From the human T2T-CHM13v2.0 reference genome, Homo sapiens: a stretch of 64,000 nt of DNA. Shown here in pieces: positions 1-12,190 of the stretch. The notes below the pieces were generated by a model. It was not told the origin of the DNA, ran no database searches, and was given only the letters and a program-made list of their open reading frames with translations. The stretch is taken from the NCBI RefSeq assembly GCF_009914755.1, contig NC_060927.1. One strand, given 5' to 3'. Numbering within the stretch: the stretch's first letter is position 1; the number at the start of each line of letters is the position of its first letter. The position numbers were made by a program, and so were the translations under genes.

Positions 1-231
1 AAGCTATGAGGATGCAAAGGCATAAGAATGACACAATGGGCTTTTGGGACTCAGGAGGAAAGGGTGGGAAGGGGGTGAGGGATAAAAGACTACAAACAGA
101 GTGCAGTGTATACTGCTTGGGTGATGGGTGCACCAAAACCTTACAAACCTTACCACTAAAGAACTTACTCATGTAACCAAACACCATCTCTTCCCCAATA
201 ACCTATGGAAATAAAAAAATTTGTTTAAAAA
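1..231 (+). mobile_element. L1 3' end (L1PB-like), cut by window edge
   Basis: AAGCTATGAGGATGCAAAGGCATAAGAATG...ACCACTAAAGAACTTACTCATGTAACCAAACACC...GGAAATAAAAAAA matches the recalled L1PB 3'UTR, with an A-rich tail. Confidence 0.85.
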
Positions 232-592
232 GCAGGCTGTCACAATTGTGCACAAGGAGGGTTGAGAAAAAGGACAAAGTGACAAGTAAGCCTAAGCAAA
301 TGGTTCTATAGGCTTCCAGAGAAGAAGTTTGCTGCTTCTCCCATGCAAAAGTGAACGATTATAAATGGCAGTAAGTAAGTGAAACCCTCCTTCAATGAAG
401 TGTTCTGCATGGGTGCTGGTGTCCAAGCCTGAAGTTGCCAAGCACAACACAGATCAAACATCTCACATTAAGAGGTGAATCCTACAATGTCAGAGATGGC
501 CAGCAACCTCAGATTTCACCCAAATCCGCAAGGTTTCGTGTCAGAGAAGAGAATTCACTCCAGATAGTTTGAGTAACATGAAATTATGACAC

Positions 593-1049
593 TGTGTGCT
601 CGGTTAAATAGTGTCCTTCCAAAATTCATGTCCACCCAAAACCCCAGAATGTGATTTGATTTAGAAACAAGGTCTTTGAACATGTATCTAGTTGTTTATA
701 AAAGATCACACTCTATTAGAATGGGCCCTAAATTCAGTGACTGGGGTCCTTTTAAAGAGAAAAAGTGAAGACACAGAAACACACATGGGAAAGAAGGTTA
801 TGTGACAACAGAGGCAAAGCTTGGAGTGAGGCAGCTACAAGCCAAGGAATACCAGGGATTGCTAGCAAGTACCATAAGCCAGGGAGGGGCAAGAGAAAAT
901 TCTTGCTAGAGCCTTCAAAGGGAGCATGGCCCTACTGACACCTTGATCTTGAACTTCTAGCCTCTAGTACTGTGAGACGAGAATTTTTGTTGTTTTAAGT
1001 GATACAATTTGTGGCGATGTTTTTATGGCAGTCCTACAAAATAAATACA
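593..1049 (+). mobile_element. MaLR solo LTR, MLT1C-like
   Basis: TG...ACA ends; CCCCAGAATGTGA, ATGGGCCCTAAAT, CAAGCCAAGGAA, GACACCTTGATCTTGAACTTCTAGCCTC, TGTTGTTTTAAG motifs. Confidence 0.85.
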
Positions 1050-2669
1050 TACTGCATTAAGTGGCTCAGAGAATTATTTTGTGTGGAGAAGCTGCTGAAA
1101 TAAAGACCATGTGCTTTGATTTGGAATAATCCCAAAGCTACACTGTGGATGCAGTTAGCCAAGGGCACTGCTGCTCCTGACTTACACAAGAGGCCACCAG
1201 GAAGATGCCACCATATCTGCCAGTTCTAGAACCATGTTGTGTCTGCTACTAAGGACACTAGTAAAAGTGGACGCCTCCCACACTGCTTCTCTGCCTACTT
1301 AACTCAGTTCCTAATTTACATCTCTAACAAGGGTATCAGATTCATGGAACTGAATCACAAAACCAACCTGCAAAGGAGACTGAGGAGGTAGATTTTTGCT
1401 TTCCAGTCTATGTAGCCAGAAGAGCACAATAGAAAGGTTAGAATCCACATTAATCACAGTATACACCAATGTGTCTACTCCTAACTCCTCACATGGATCC
1501 AGATTCAACTAACCTTTACTTAGTAAAGGTTACATGAGCCAGGGATTATAATATATGATCCCTCCAGTGTTATTTTATTTATATTCCTACCAACTTTTTA
1601 AGGCGTCTATTACTGCCCCCATTTTATACATGAGGAAATTGAAGTTTAATGAGTTTTTAGGCTCATTGATTGTCTCAAAACAACCTAACAGTCAACAGGT
1701 ATTTCCTGAATACCTACTATGTGCCAGCCTTGCTGGGAATAAACAGTAAACAGGAAAAGCTTCATTACTAAATTATGTTGCTTGAAGTCTAATGAGATTG
1801 TTTTAAACTTTGTCATACATAAGAGTTGCCTGCTGACCTAGGTTTTCGGGTAGATTGCTGAGTTTGCATTACCAGGAGCCTGGGAATAGAAACACAGTCT
1901 GAAGGCTGTTACATATCAAAGTGACTATCTGAACCCTAGTCCCTGGATTCCAAGCCCAGTTGCTCTAGTGATATCCTAAAATTTCCTTCAGGTGCCAGGC
2001 AAGTAAAATAAATATGTGGAGGTGGCAGGCATAGTAGGTGTTAAATTAATTATTTGTAACTGAACCCAGCATGAGAGCTGCCTGGTGAAACATAATACAT
2101 CCTGGATTATTTGCGTCCTTTGAGTATCCAGCTTGTGCTTCCTGCACGTTTCCTCACCCTCTTCTTTATCTGATGTGAATCCAGGTGAGCAGGAGAATCC
2201 CCTTCTAAGTCCGGCTCCTCTCAGAGTGCCTCTTTCACCAAATCGTAATTGCCTCTTGTCTATGAGCTTTGTTGGTCTATAAGTACAGGAGGATTGGGGA
2301 TTGTGCCTGTCTTGTTCATGGTTTAAACTGTGGACTGAGAATTGAGCTAAGTTCTAATGCATGAGAAATATTTGTGGAAGAGAGAGAAAGGGAAGGAGGA
2401 AGTAACTATGTCCCTTCACTCTGAGAGAACAAATGTTCTCCAGTCTTGCCTTTCTAAGAGAGGAAAACAGCCCCAGGGGTTCAGGGTGGTCTGCACAATG
2501 CCCTTCTTCCTGCCACTGATCAAATGGCTATGGAGTCTCCTTTGTGGACTGAATGTGCAATCAGACTCCTTGGGACCCACAAGAGGTCCCTCCACAACTC
2601 CAGGAGTGGCCAGAGCTCCTCTTCTTTACCTAGCAAGTTGCAGAGACAATGGAAAGACATTTTTCTCCA

Positions 2670-3130
2670 TTCTTTAATTCAGTAAATGCTTCTTTTCTAG
2701 GCTCTGCTCCAGATGTTTGAAGTATAGAGGTGAATAAGCAAAATTCTTGCTCTCGTAAAATTTATATGCTAGCCAGATGATAAACAAGTGCACAAATGGG
2801 TAAACAATAATTATAGACAATGATAAGCATTAGTAAGGAAAAAGGAAGATAATGTGATAAAGTAACAGGATGATTACTTTAGCTAGTTGATTAGAAAACA
2901 CCTCCTGTGGAGGTGAAATGTAAGCGAAACCTGTAGAATAAGAAGGTAGCATGAGAAGACCTAATAGAATAGTTTTCCAAAAAAGGCCAAGTAAAAAAAC
3001 TTTATAGAAGGGAATTTAAGAACAGACGAAATCCAGTGTGGCTGGAGCTTGGTAACTGGGACTATCACAGGTGGCTGAAAACGTAAGAATAAGCCAAATC
3101 ACTTGGGCCTTTGTAACTGTGAAGAGACTA
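2670..3130 (-). mobile_element. L2 3' fragment
   Basis: Degenerate ATTCAGTAAATG...GTGAATAAGC...CCTGTGGAGGTGAAATGTAAGC...CCAGTGTGGCTGGAGC typical of antisense L2. Confidence 0.65.
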
Positions 3131-3752
3131 CAGTTAAGCAACACCCCAAGGACCTACTCTTGGAATTTCTGAGAGGAGTCCAGGCATGTGGCATGGATGG
3201 TGGCCAGATAAAGTAACAATTGCTCCCTTATGGATTCCTTTGATCCATGCCCTTGAAGAGAAATCTAGAAGAGTCTCCTTTGCCTTCTTGCTGCCAGTGG
3301 ACACGTTCCCAAGGACACCCAGGAGAACTGTCTTATTAGAATTAAAAACCTACTGTAAGGTAACAATAGGAAAAGTAGTATAAAAATGGCTCTATTTCTT
3401 ATATTCTATTCATATTCTCAATTCAAATGCACTGAAGTTGTAATTCAATATGTAATTGTTCTTGCTTCCCTGCAACCAGTTCCACTTCAGATTTTAGAAT
3501 CCATCTTACCTTGATTCATCCCAGGGCCCTTTCTGTATAGGCAGGCAAGAATTAGCATAAGCATGACCAGTCTATAGGTGGGTGGTGAGGAGAGGATGTG
3601 TGCCACCTACCAACATGCACAGGGCGTTGCTCAAAGAACCACCTAAATATGGAGGCAGCTGACAAAGTGAGGCCCGGGTTGGGAAAGATTTTTAGAACAT
3701 GCTTGTACATTCACTTCACCAGATACCATTTAATAAAAAAAAAAAAAACAAC

Positions 3753-3935
3753 CTTTTATTTTGAAATAACTTCTGACTTACAGAATAATTGTGAGAGAGC
3801 ACAGTTCTCGTATACCCTTCATCCAGTTTTCCCTAATGTTAGTATCTTACATAAACATGGTACAATGATCAAAACTAATAAATGAACATATCATAGACTA
3901 AACTATAAATATTGTTCTGATCTCCCCAGTTTTTT
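3753..3935 (-). mobile_element. Old L1 3' end (L1MC-like)
   Basis: TTTTATTTTGAAATAAC...TATACCCTTCATCCAGTTTTCCCTAATGTTAGTATCTTACATAAACATGGTACAATGATCAAAACTAA. Confidence 0.7.
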
Positions 3936-5432
3936 ATCAGTTTCCAAACTGGAACTGGTTTAAGTTAAATGCCCACTCCCCACCAGAGCCAATAGGAATA
4001 GACGGAGGTAAGGTGAGTGGAACCCAACAGGGGACAAGGACATTTCAAGAGAGTTGAACTACGGTAGAAAGTTGAGCTACTATAGAAAGGAGGAGGGAGG
4101 AAGCTTACCTTGTATGTGACTGGATAGAGTAGGGGAAGAAAGAGGGCAGCTGCTTCCCTTCTTCAAGGGGAAAGGGTTTCCATGAGCTCCCAAAAAGTAG
4201 AGACAATGAAATGGCCCCAGTGCTCACCTTCATTTGAGAACCCAGGCCCTTGGCTGCCTAGCTTCTGGGGATCCAGATGCAGCTTTTCCACATAGAGATG
4301 CCTCCTCTTGAGTGGCCTCTGCTGCTCAAGACACTGTTAGAGTCTACATAAAAAGTGCCTCTTTAGTTCACCAGTGCCCAAACTACACAATCACACAGGA
4401 TGGGAGCCAGCCCTGGCACCAGCATGGTATGTGTCATGTTTAACAGCATTTGGGAGCAACAGGAAGCATTTGGGAGCAGAAGTGAGTGAAGTGAAGGAAA
4501 AAAGAGGACAGTGAAACTTGCAACAAATTATCCTGGCTGAGACTGGTCAAAAAGACAGATTGTTTTTATTGTTACTGGGAGTTCATTATCCTACTGGATA
4601 CCTGTATTCAGGCTTGTGGGTGGATAAGCAATTGTCATCAGCACTTTTCTGGCTTCCAGGAAATCTGGAGACATGCACCTAAAAGAGCATCAGAGTGTTT
4701 TGCAGGAAGTACATTAATAGTAACTGTTTCAACCACCACTTCCACCCCACACCTACGGGGGTAGAAGCTGCTTAACAAGTTGGATTTCCCAACCTATGAA
4801 TCAGAGAAAGCATATGCTAAAGTTATTAGGAAACATTCCTAATGTTTCCTTGAATTTGGTGGTATCATGGTGGACAGGGGAGGGGTTGGAGGATGAGGTG
4901 GAAGAAAAAATAGAATTCCTTTCATTCGAGGAATGAGTTTTCTGCCTAGGTAGAGGGAGAGACTCAAGCTGAACGTTTAGTATGCTGCACAAATACGTCT
5001 GTTTCTTCATTGATAAATGATACGGAACTGAATCTGGATGATTAATTCAGTAAGTCACAATTCCTTTGTTTTTAGTGTTCGGTATTCTTTTATGTTACAT
5101 GTTATATGGGGCAGAACTTTGGGGTCTCAAGCAAGCAGTTACACAAGCACTTAAAGATCCAAAGCTCTTTTCTGAAAACTAATATCGTCTGTAGAAGCAG
5201 GCATCCCTGCAGCAACTGCATGTGAAGGAGGGGGTTGGCCTTCCCTCTGGGTAAGACAGCGAGTCCAGTTCTTAAACGATGAAAGAGTGGTGCTGGCTCC
5301 TCTAAGAGGGGGAGCACATAAAAGAATGCATTGTTACGTGTATCCCAGTTCCACACCACTAGTCAGAAATGTTATTAATTTTAGTTTACCATTCTAAATA
5401 TATTCTGTGTATTTACTAACAAAACAAAGCAA

Positions 5433-5592
5433 ATATATATGTGTGTGTATATATAGGCATAGATATTTGTTTTGTTTATATATGTAATATCTATACTATA
5501 GATATATACATGTAATATGTATGGGTGTGTATATATATATATGGGTGTATATATATATATGTGTGTGTGTGTGTATATATATGTATATATAT
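5433..5592. repeat. (TA)n/(TG)n low-complexity microsatellite
   Basis: Direct reading of alternating TA/TG runs. Confidence 0.9.
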
Positions 5593-6000
5593 AGTTATGG
5601 CCTGAATTTCATCCTTCCCCCCAAAATTTATATATTGAGGCCCTAACCCACAATGTGATGTGTGATGGTGTTCAGAAATAGGGCATTCTGGGAGGTACCT
5701 GTAATTAAAGTTAAATGAAGTCACAAAGATGGGGCCCTAAACAGATAGGACTGGGTTCTTACAAAAAGAGAAAGAGACACCAGAGCTCACTCATGCTGCA
5801 GGAGCACAGAGGGAAAGCCATGTGAGGACACAGGGAGAAGGTGACCATCTGCAAGCCCAGAAGAGAGCCCTCACCAGAAACAGAATTGGCTGGCACTTTA
5901 ATCATGGAACTTCCAGTTCTATAATTGTGAGAAAATAAATTTATCTTGTAAAAGCCACCCAGTCCATGGTATTCTGCTATGGCAGCCTGAGCAGACATAT
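5593..6000 (+). mobile_element. MaLR solo LTR, MLT1A/MLT1A0-like
   Basis: GAGGCCCTAACCC, GCCATGTGAGGACACAGGGAGAAGGTGACCATCTGCAAGCC, AAGCCACCCAGTCCATGGTATTCTGCTATGGCAGCCTGAGCAGAC. Confidence 0.85.
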
Positions 6001-6319
6001 CACACACACCTACCTACACACCATATTATCTTTTCCTTTTTTTTTTTTTTTTAACACAATGAAGCTTACAGCATACACCCCTGCACTTTGATTTTTCCAG
6101 TTGACAATGCCTTTGAGATTTCCGTATAAGGACATAAAGATCTCATTTTTTTCATTTTGTTTTTGACACCAGCATAATAGTTCATTGAATGGATATGCCA
6201 TGATTTATTTCACTTGTCCCTTATTAACAAACATTTAAGCTGTTTTCAACTTGCCAGCACAAACAATGCTCCAATAAACAACCCTCATGAATATATAATT
6301 TTTTCACATGCCACTTAGG

Positions 6320-6574
6320 AATTTTTAAAAATATGAATTAGTTGCCAATATTCAAAAGTAAGGAGATTTTGTGTATAACCTGGATTTGTTACTTTTCTTG
6401 AAAGAGCACATCTGAGGAAACTGGTCCACATTCTCCCCTGGTGCTGGAGCTAAGAAGTCACTGCCTTGTTCAGACAGGGCTCACAATGTCCTGATTGCCA
6501 TTGCTACTGCCCTGCCTCGTTCACTCAGCACTGTTATTGATCAGGCCCCAACAGGCATGGGAGTTTTTGACCCT
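6320..6574. mobile_element. hAT-Charlie relic, MER102-like
   Basis: TAGTTGCCAATATTCAAAAGTAAGGAGATTT...TTTCTTGAAAG...CTGGAGCTAAG...GGCCCCAACAGGCATGGGAGTTTTTGACCC resembles recalled MER102. Confidence 0.65.
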
Positions 6575-6917
6575 ATTCTAGATTCTCTGGTGCCACTGTA
6601 CCTTAAGCTAAATTATCAGAAACCATAGTAACTGTGTACCAGCTTAGCTCATTCTCATGGCTTTCTCAAAAAAAGAAAGAAGAAAAAAAAATCCTTACTG
6701 AGTTAGAATTTAATATTATGCCTCTGCCTCTACAGAAAGTTGAAATAACCATTCTCTATTTAACAAGGATTTTAATGTTTTTTAAAGGGCTGTCTTTGAA
6801 GATACTGTCCACTGTGTTATGGTTCTTTATATAAATTCTCTTTCCACAAATGTCTGCTTAGGTTTGATTTTAGAATTTTTTTTAAAAAGGTCTCTTTGGG
6901 TGAATGTATATTTATTT

Positions 6918-7281
6918 ATTTATTTTTCTTTTTTTTAATTATTATACTTTAAGTTCTAGGGTACATGTACACAACGTGCAGGTTTGTTACATATGTATAC
7001 ATGTGCCATGTTGGTGTGCTGCACCCATTAACTCGTCATTTACATTAGGTGTATCTCCTAATGCTATCCCTCCCCACTCTCCCCACCCCACAACAGTCCC
7101 CAGAGTGTGATGTTCCCCTTCCTGTGTCCAAGTGCTCTCATTGTTCATTTCCCACCTATGACTGAGAACATGCAGTGTTTGGTTTTCTGTCTTTGCAATA
7201 GTTTGCTGAGAATGATGGTTTCCAGCTTTATCCATGTCCCTACAAAGGACATGAATTCATCATTTTTTATGGCTGCATGGT
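6918..7281 (-). mobile_element. 5'-truncated L1PA (PA4/PA5-like) 3' end with 14-bp TSD
   Basis: TTATACTTTAAGTTCTAGGGTACATG...TTTTTATGGCTGCAT; TSD ATGTATATTTATTT at 6904-6917 and 7282-7295. Confidence 0.95.
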
Positions 7282-8384
7282 ATGTATATTTATTTTGTCA
7301 GAAAGTAAAAATGAAATAATGTACAAATGTCTACTCTTGCATTAGGAAACAATGGAAACTTTTAGCCAGACTCAGTGTCCCTTGAGACTTACCAGCTGTT
7401 TCCTGCCGCCTTGGGAGGGTCTACCTATCACATTTTATTTAAATCTAATGAGTGATCCCCTCCCCAATCCCTTAGCCATATGCAGCCTATCTAGGTTAAG
7501 TTCCCACTCTTTAGCCAATTTCAGAATGAACATAGATATGCCCCTAATTAACATTTTAATGGCTAAAACTCAGTGCCATTTATTTCACTGACATTTTCAC
7601 ATTCAATAATACAGGTAATCTAAGTTATAAAAATATACATTTTCCCCTGAGGGAGCTAATAAACCTATTTTCATTCTGAATGAAATAAAAATTACAGGTA
7701 AATATGTGTACTTGTCTTGGATTAGCTTCCACAGAAAAAAGAGGGTTGCTTAGCATAGGGGAACTTTTATCTTTTTTAATCTCTAAATAGCTTTGGAAAC
7801 TCATATTTCAATTGGATTCTGCATCTTGGAAATAGGTGGGGTACAAATTTTAAATAGTAAGACTAATATTGTTTTTTGTAAAAAAAAATTAGGATTATTA
7901 CCATTAAATCTAAAACTGCAACCTATATAAAAGATAATTTCACACATTTAATGACTTAATGAAGGTCTTAAGACCACTTAAAAATTTTGATTATAAATTC
8001 AGCATCTCTATTCTTAGCTAGGCAATAAGTTTGTCATGATTACCTGCTAAATAGGTTCACTGTCATTTAAGTCTTCAGTTTTTTCCTAGCTTCAGGATCC
8101 AAGAGGACAATAGTCAAAGCGTATTGGAAAGCAGCCTGGACACTAGCTTCAATGCTCTCATTTATTAGTGGTGTCAGCTTGAAGCCTATGGCTGCAACAA
8201 TCAGTTTTCTTACCCGTAAAATGTGGCTGCTGCAGCTCAAGGTTGCTGAGATGATGACAATAAAACATACAATACATAAACATTCTTGGGAAAGGTGCAA
8301 GTGACATAATAGTAATAATTTTGAAAGCTAATATGTAACAGGCAGCCTTTTAACTAATATATGTAATTTAATTAATATATGTAA

Positions 8385-8580
8385 TAATTTACATATATTA
8401 ATTCACCTAACCCTTACAACAATTCTATGAGGGGCTATTATTACTATAATCTTCATACTTCACAAATGGAAAAACTGAGGCATGGAGTGATCATGAGATA
8501 TGCCTAAGGCCACGTAAGAGCCAAGATTTGAACCTAGGATGTCTGATTTGGAGGCCCATGCTCTTAACCACAATGCCACC
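8385..8580 (-). mobile_element. MIR
   Basis: CCTTACAACAATTCTATGAGG...CAAATGGAAAAACTGAGGC...GATTTGAACCTAGG...GCCCATGCTCTTAACCAC. Confidence 0.85.
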
Positions 8581-9582
8581 TCCCAAATGTAAGGAATTAT
8601 TAGAATTAATAAACTCTCACTGAGCCCCAAAGTTAGGCAAATGTTTCTCAAACACATATTTTCTACTTTCTTTGCAGACATCAGTTCATGCCCAGAAAAG
8701 GAGAAGCAAACTTTCTTTGCATCCTTTCTACAGGAGTGGTTCCTACTAAACAGGAGTGGATAGAGGACTGATAATTCTTTAATTTGCTATGTTGTATTTG
8801 TTTCGTGCGTTAGAATTTGCAATGTGCTTTTCAACCTGTTATCTAAAGCTAGCTTCACCAGGTCTAGGCAAAAAAAAAAAAAAAAAAAAAAAAACCATTT
8901 TCATTTGATAGAAGGGGACGTTAAGGTGGGAAGAAATGATACAAATGGCCGAGGTCTCACAGCTAGTAAACGGCAAAGTGGGGAGTAGAACTTACATTTT
9001 CTTGAATCTACGCACTAGGCTCCACCCACAAACCCATCCAAGTTTTCACCAAACTCTCACTGAAGACGCAGCATAGTGAAGGAGTAATATAGTGGAATTC
9101 TTTAGTCTCTATGTTCATGTTTTTCTTTTGTGAGGAACAGAAGGCATGGTGGGACAGTCAGACTGCTATGTTGTGTTTCTCCCCTCTGTGTTGAACACAG
9201 GGCACTGGTCTTCCCAGCGAACTCTGAAATACAGATACGGTGCCCCCAGTCCCTGTGTGTATATGTTGAGGGTGGCAGGGGTGTGTATGTGTGCCTGTCA
9301 AAGAATAGGAACCCCCTGCTCCATGCCTTCCTGGCAAGTAGTCCTGTGAATGAGGTCCCTTCCCTTTCCCCTGGTCCCCCAAAGCCTGCAGTGGAAGGTA
9401 GAAGGGAAAGAAATGCTGGGTGCCTTCTGTTGCTTTTCCAATCTTGCCCTGCAGCGAGTGGAATCTTTCCTTGGAGGCAGCACCAGGGAAGCTGTTACCC
9501 ATGTGCTTCACTTCCCATTTGTGGTAGAAGATGGCCAAGGGACTAGAAGGGATAGCAGAGGACATTAGAGAAAGACAAAGGA

Positions 9583-9890
9583 GGCCAGGCATTGTGGCTC
9601 ACACCTGTAATCCCAACACTTTGGAAGGACGAAGTGGAAGAATCATTTGAGGCCAGGAGTTTGAGACCAGCCTGTGCAACAGAGTGAGATCCTATCTGTA
9701 CAAAAAAATAAAAATAAAAATAAAATTTACCCAGGTATGGTGGTGCTTGTAGTCCCAGCTACTTGGGCTGCTGAAGTGAGAGGATAGCTTGAGCCCAGGA
9801 GTTCAAGGCTGCAGTGTGCTATGATTGTGCCATTGCACTCCAGCCTGAGCAACAGAGTGAGACCCTGTCTCAAAAATAATAATAATAATC
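9583..9890 (+). mobile_element. AluJ
   Basis: Full dimer with AluJ-type GAGGCCAGGAGTTTGAGACC and GAGCCCAGGAGTTCAAGGCTGCAGTG; (AAT)n tail. Confidence 0.95.
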
Positions 9891-9898
9891 ATAACATC

Positions 9899-10592
9899 TA
9901 TATATATATATATGTTTTTATTATACTTTAAGTTCTAGGGTACATGTGCACAACGTGCAGGTTTGTTACATATGTATACATGTGCCATGTTGGTGTGCTG
10001 CACCCATTAACTCATCATTTACATTAGGGATATCTCTTAATGCTATCCCTCCCCCCTCCCCCCACCCCACAACAGGCCCCGGTGTGTGATGTTTCCCTTC
10101 CTGTGTGCAAGTATTCTCATTGTTCAATTCCCACCTATAAGTAAGAACATGCAGTGTTTGGTTTTTTGTCCTTGCGATAGTTTGCTGAGAATGATGGTTT
10201 CCAGCTTCATCCATGTCCCTACAAAGGACATGAACTCATCATTTTTTATGGCTGCATAGTATTCCATGATGCATATATGCCACATTTTCTTAAACCAGTC
10301 TATCATTCTTGGACATTTGGGTTGGTTCCAAGTCTTTGCTATTGTGAGTAGTGCCGCAATAAACATGCGTGTGCATGCGTCTTTATAGCAGCATGATTTA
10401 TATTCCTTTGGGTATATACCCAGTAATGGGATGGCTGGGTCAAATGGTATTTCTAGTTCTAGATCCCTGAGGAATCAACACACTGACTTCCACAATGGTT
10501 GAACTAGTTTACAGTCCCACCAACAGTGTAAAAGTGTTCCTATTTCTCCACATCCTCTTCACCACCTGTTGTTTCCTGACTTTTTAATGATC
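9899..10592 (-). mobile_element. 5'-truncated L1PA (PA4/PA5-like) 3' end
   Basis: Continuous L1PA 3'UTR and ORF2 C-terminus; ORF 10124-10366 MFIAALLTIAKTWNQPKCP...LSKLSQGQKTKH is the ORF2p C-terminus; (TA)n at the tail position. Confidence 0.95.
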
Positions 10593-10596
10593 TAAA

Positions 10597-10875
10597 GGTT
10601 CAGTGCAGTGGCTCATACCTGCAATCTCATCACTTTGGGAGGCTGACGTGGGAAAATCACTTGATCCCAGGAGTTCAAGATCAGCCTGGGAAACATGATG
10701 AAACCCTGTCCCTATAAAAAATAATAAATTACCTGGGCATGGTAGTATGTGCCTGTAGTCCCAGCTACCCACGAGGCTGAGGTGGGAGGATTGCTTGAGC
10801 CTGGGAGGTTGCAGCTGCCATGAGCTGTGACTGTGCTACTGCACTCCAGCCTGGGCAACAGAGCCAGACCCAAAA
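10597..10875 (+). mobile_element. AluJ (Jb-like)
   Basis: Diverged dimer, GGAGGATTGCTTGAGCCTGGGAGGT, very short tail. Confidence 0.9.
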
Positions 10876-11136
10876 GGATAAAGAGAAGGAAATAAGGCAT
10901 TAGCTTCTGGAAGCAGCAAGCAAGAATTACCATGGAAGGGATGCAAAACAGCAGATATTTACTCATGAGGAAATCCAGGCTCAGAGGAAATAAGAGATTC
11001 TCTGGTGAGTCCTACAAAGGACTACAACACTCTTCTAAGATATGTCCTTTAAATGCAACTAAAAGTTCCTCACATTAGGCATCTCAATTGCTTTGCAGGA
11101 AGCCCAAACCCACTGTGTTAGCTTCAGTGATCAAAT

Positions 11137-11201
11137 CAAACTAGTTGGTTATGAATTTAAGAAAGCAGACAAACTAGTTGGTTATGAATTAAGAAAGCAG
11201 A
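11137..11201. repeat. Tandem duplication, 33/32-bp unit x2
   Basis: CAAACTAGTTGGTTATGAATT(T)AAGAAAGCAGA twice, differing by one T. Confidence 0.95.
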
Positions 11202-11629
11202 CAGAGTGAGCCTCTAATTGAGATGAGAGAACTGGGGCCATGATGGTCTCAGCCAGGACAGACGCATTTGTGGTAGGCAACTTTGTCTCCAGTCCTGCCT
11301 CTACTCACCCAACAAACACACTGTCCTTCTGAGGACCTCACAAATGCTTTCAACGTTTATTAAACCTATCTTGTTTCTTATACCTCTCTTAAAATTGCCA
11401 TTCCCCATCATTTCAACATATTTATTTCAATTTTCATCATCTGATTTTCACAACACAATTCAAATATGTCTGCCTCCCTACACAGTGTCTAAAAATGGAG
11501 GGTTTCAGCTTTAGGTAATCTACTTATTCAAGCCAAATGGATGGGGATCCTCCAGCCAATCACATACACCTTATCCTACAATTCCAGCTGGTAGAGTTCA
11601 CAATCAGAAGGCTAATGGCTGGTGAGTGT

Positions 11630-11870
11630 CATGTGATATGGTGAGATGAACATGGGCATCATCATCAGAATCAGGATACAAGCCCCACTCTACGCATTTC
11701 TAGCTGGGTGACCATGGGCAAGTACCTATCCAGTCTGAATACTGGTTTTCTCCTCCATAAAATAGATATCATATCTTCTTCCAGGGAGCTATTATGAAGA
11801 TTAAATTAGATAGCATTTATTTATTGCTAGAGATAGCATCAATCATGTGATAAGTGCTCAAGATACAATA
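11630..11870 (+). mobile_element. MIR
   Basis: TAGCTGGGTGACCATGGGCAAGT...TTTTCTCCTCCATAAAAT...ATGAAGATTAAATTAGATA. Confidence 0.75.
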
Positions 11871-11949
11871 TCACTTTCATTGTTGTTAGTCCCAAAATAG
11901 AGGAATAAACACAAGATCAAAGAAGACATTTCACAGCAAATGAAGTTTA

Positions 11950-12190
11950 CAAGCATGTACTCCCCAAGACACTCAGCCAATTCCTCCCTCATGTTCCCCA
12001 AACATTTGGTACCTATCTCTACTATAAAACTTGTTAACAGTGGAATTGCTTATGAGTCAATTTCTAAACCAGAGTATGAGCAGTGAAAAATCAGGAAGAG
12101 TCTTCATCTTTATAATCTAAGAGCTTCTCTTGATGTCTAGCAAGAGTAGGTATTAATAAATACTAAATGAGAAAATAAGTGAATGAATGA
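11950..12190 (+). mobile_element. L2 3' end
   Basis: Ends AGTAGGTATTAATAAATACTAAATGAG...TGAATGAATGA. Confidence 0.6.

Noticed and set aside
1054-1410. Possible very old MLT1 LTR remnant on the minus strand
   Set aside because: Resemblance is limited to a few short motifs (CTGCAAAGGAGACTGAGGAG), too weak to call without an HMM search.
4445-4478. AGCATTTGGGAGCA repeated at 20-bp spacing
   Set aside because: A two-copy micro-duplication only, not a repeat-spacer array.
5246-5260. 15-mer TCTGGGTAAGACAGC repeated at 59606-59620
   Set aside because: One or two exact 15-mer matches are expected by chance in 64 kb, and the flanks do not align.
9130-9592. Overlapping ORFs of 138 aa (+) and 144 aa (-)
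   Set aside because: No recognisable domain, and the + ORF has a non-ATG start. They lie in a locally GC-richer patch where stop codons are rarer, with no exon support.
10584-10966. Alu-derived ORFs (LECSG..., WDYR...), also at 13.5, 18.0, 21.1, 32.8, 40.8, 45.7, 50.4 and 58.9 kb
   Set aside because: These are standard translations of Alu sequence.
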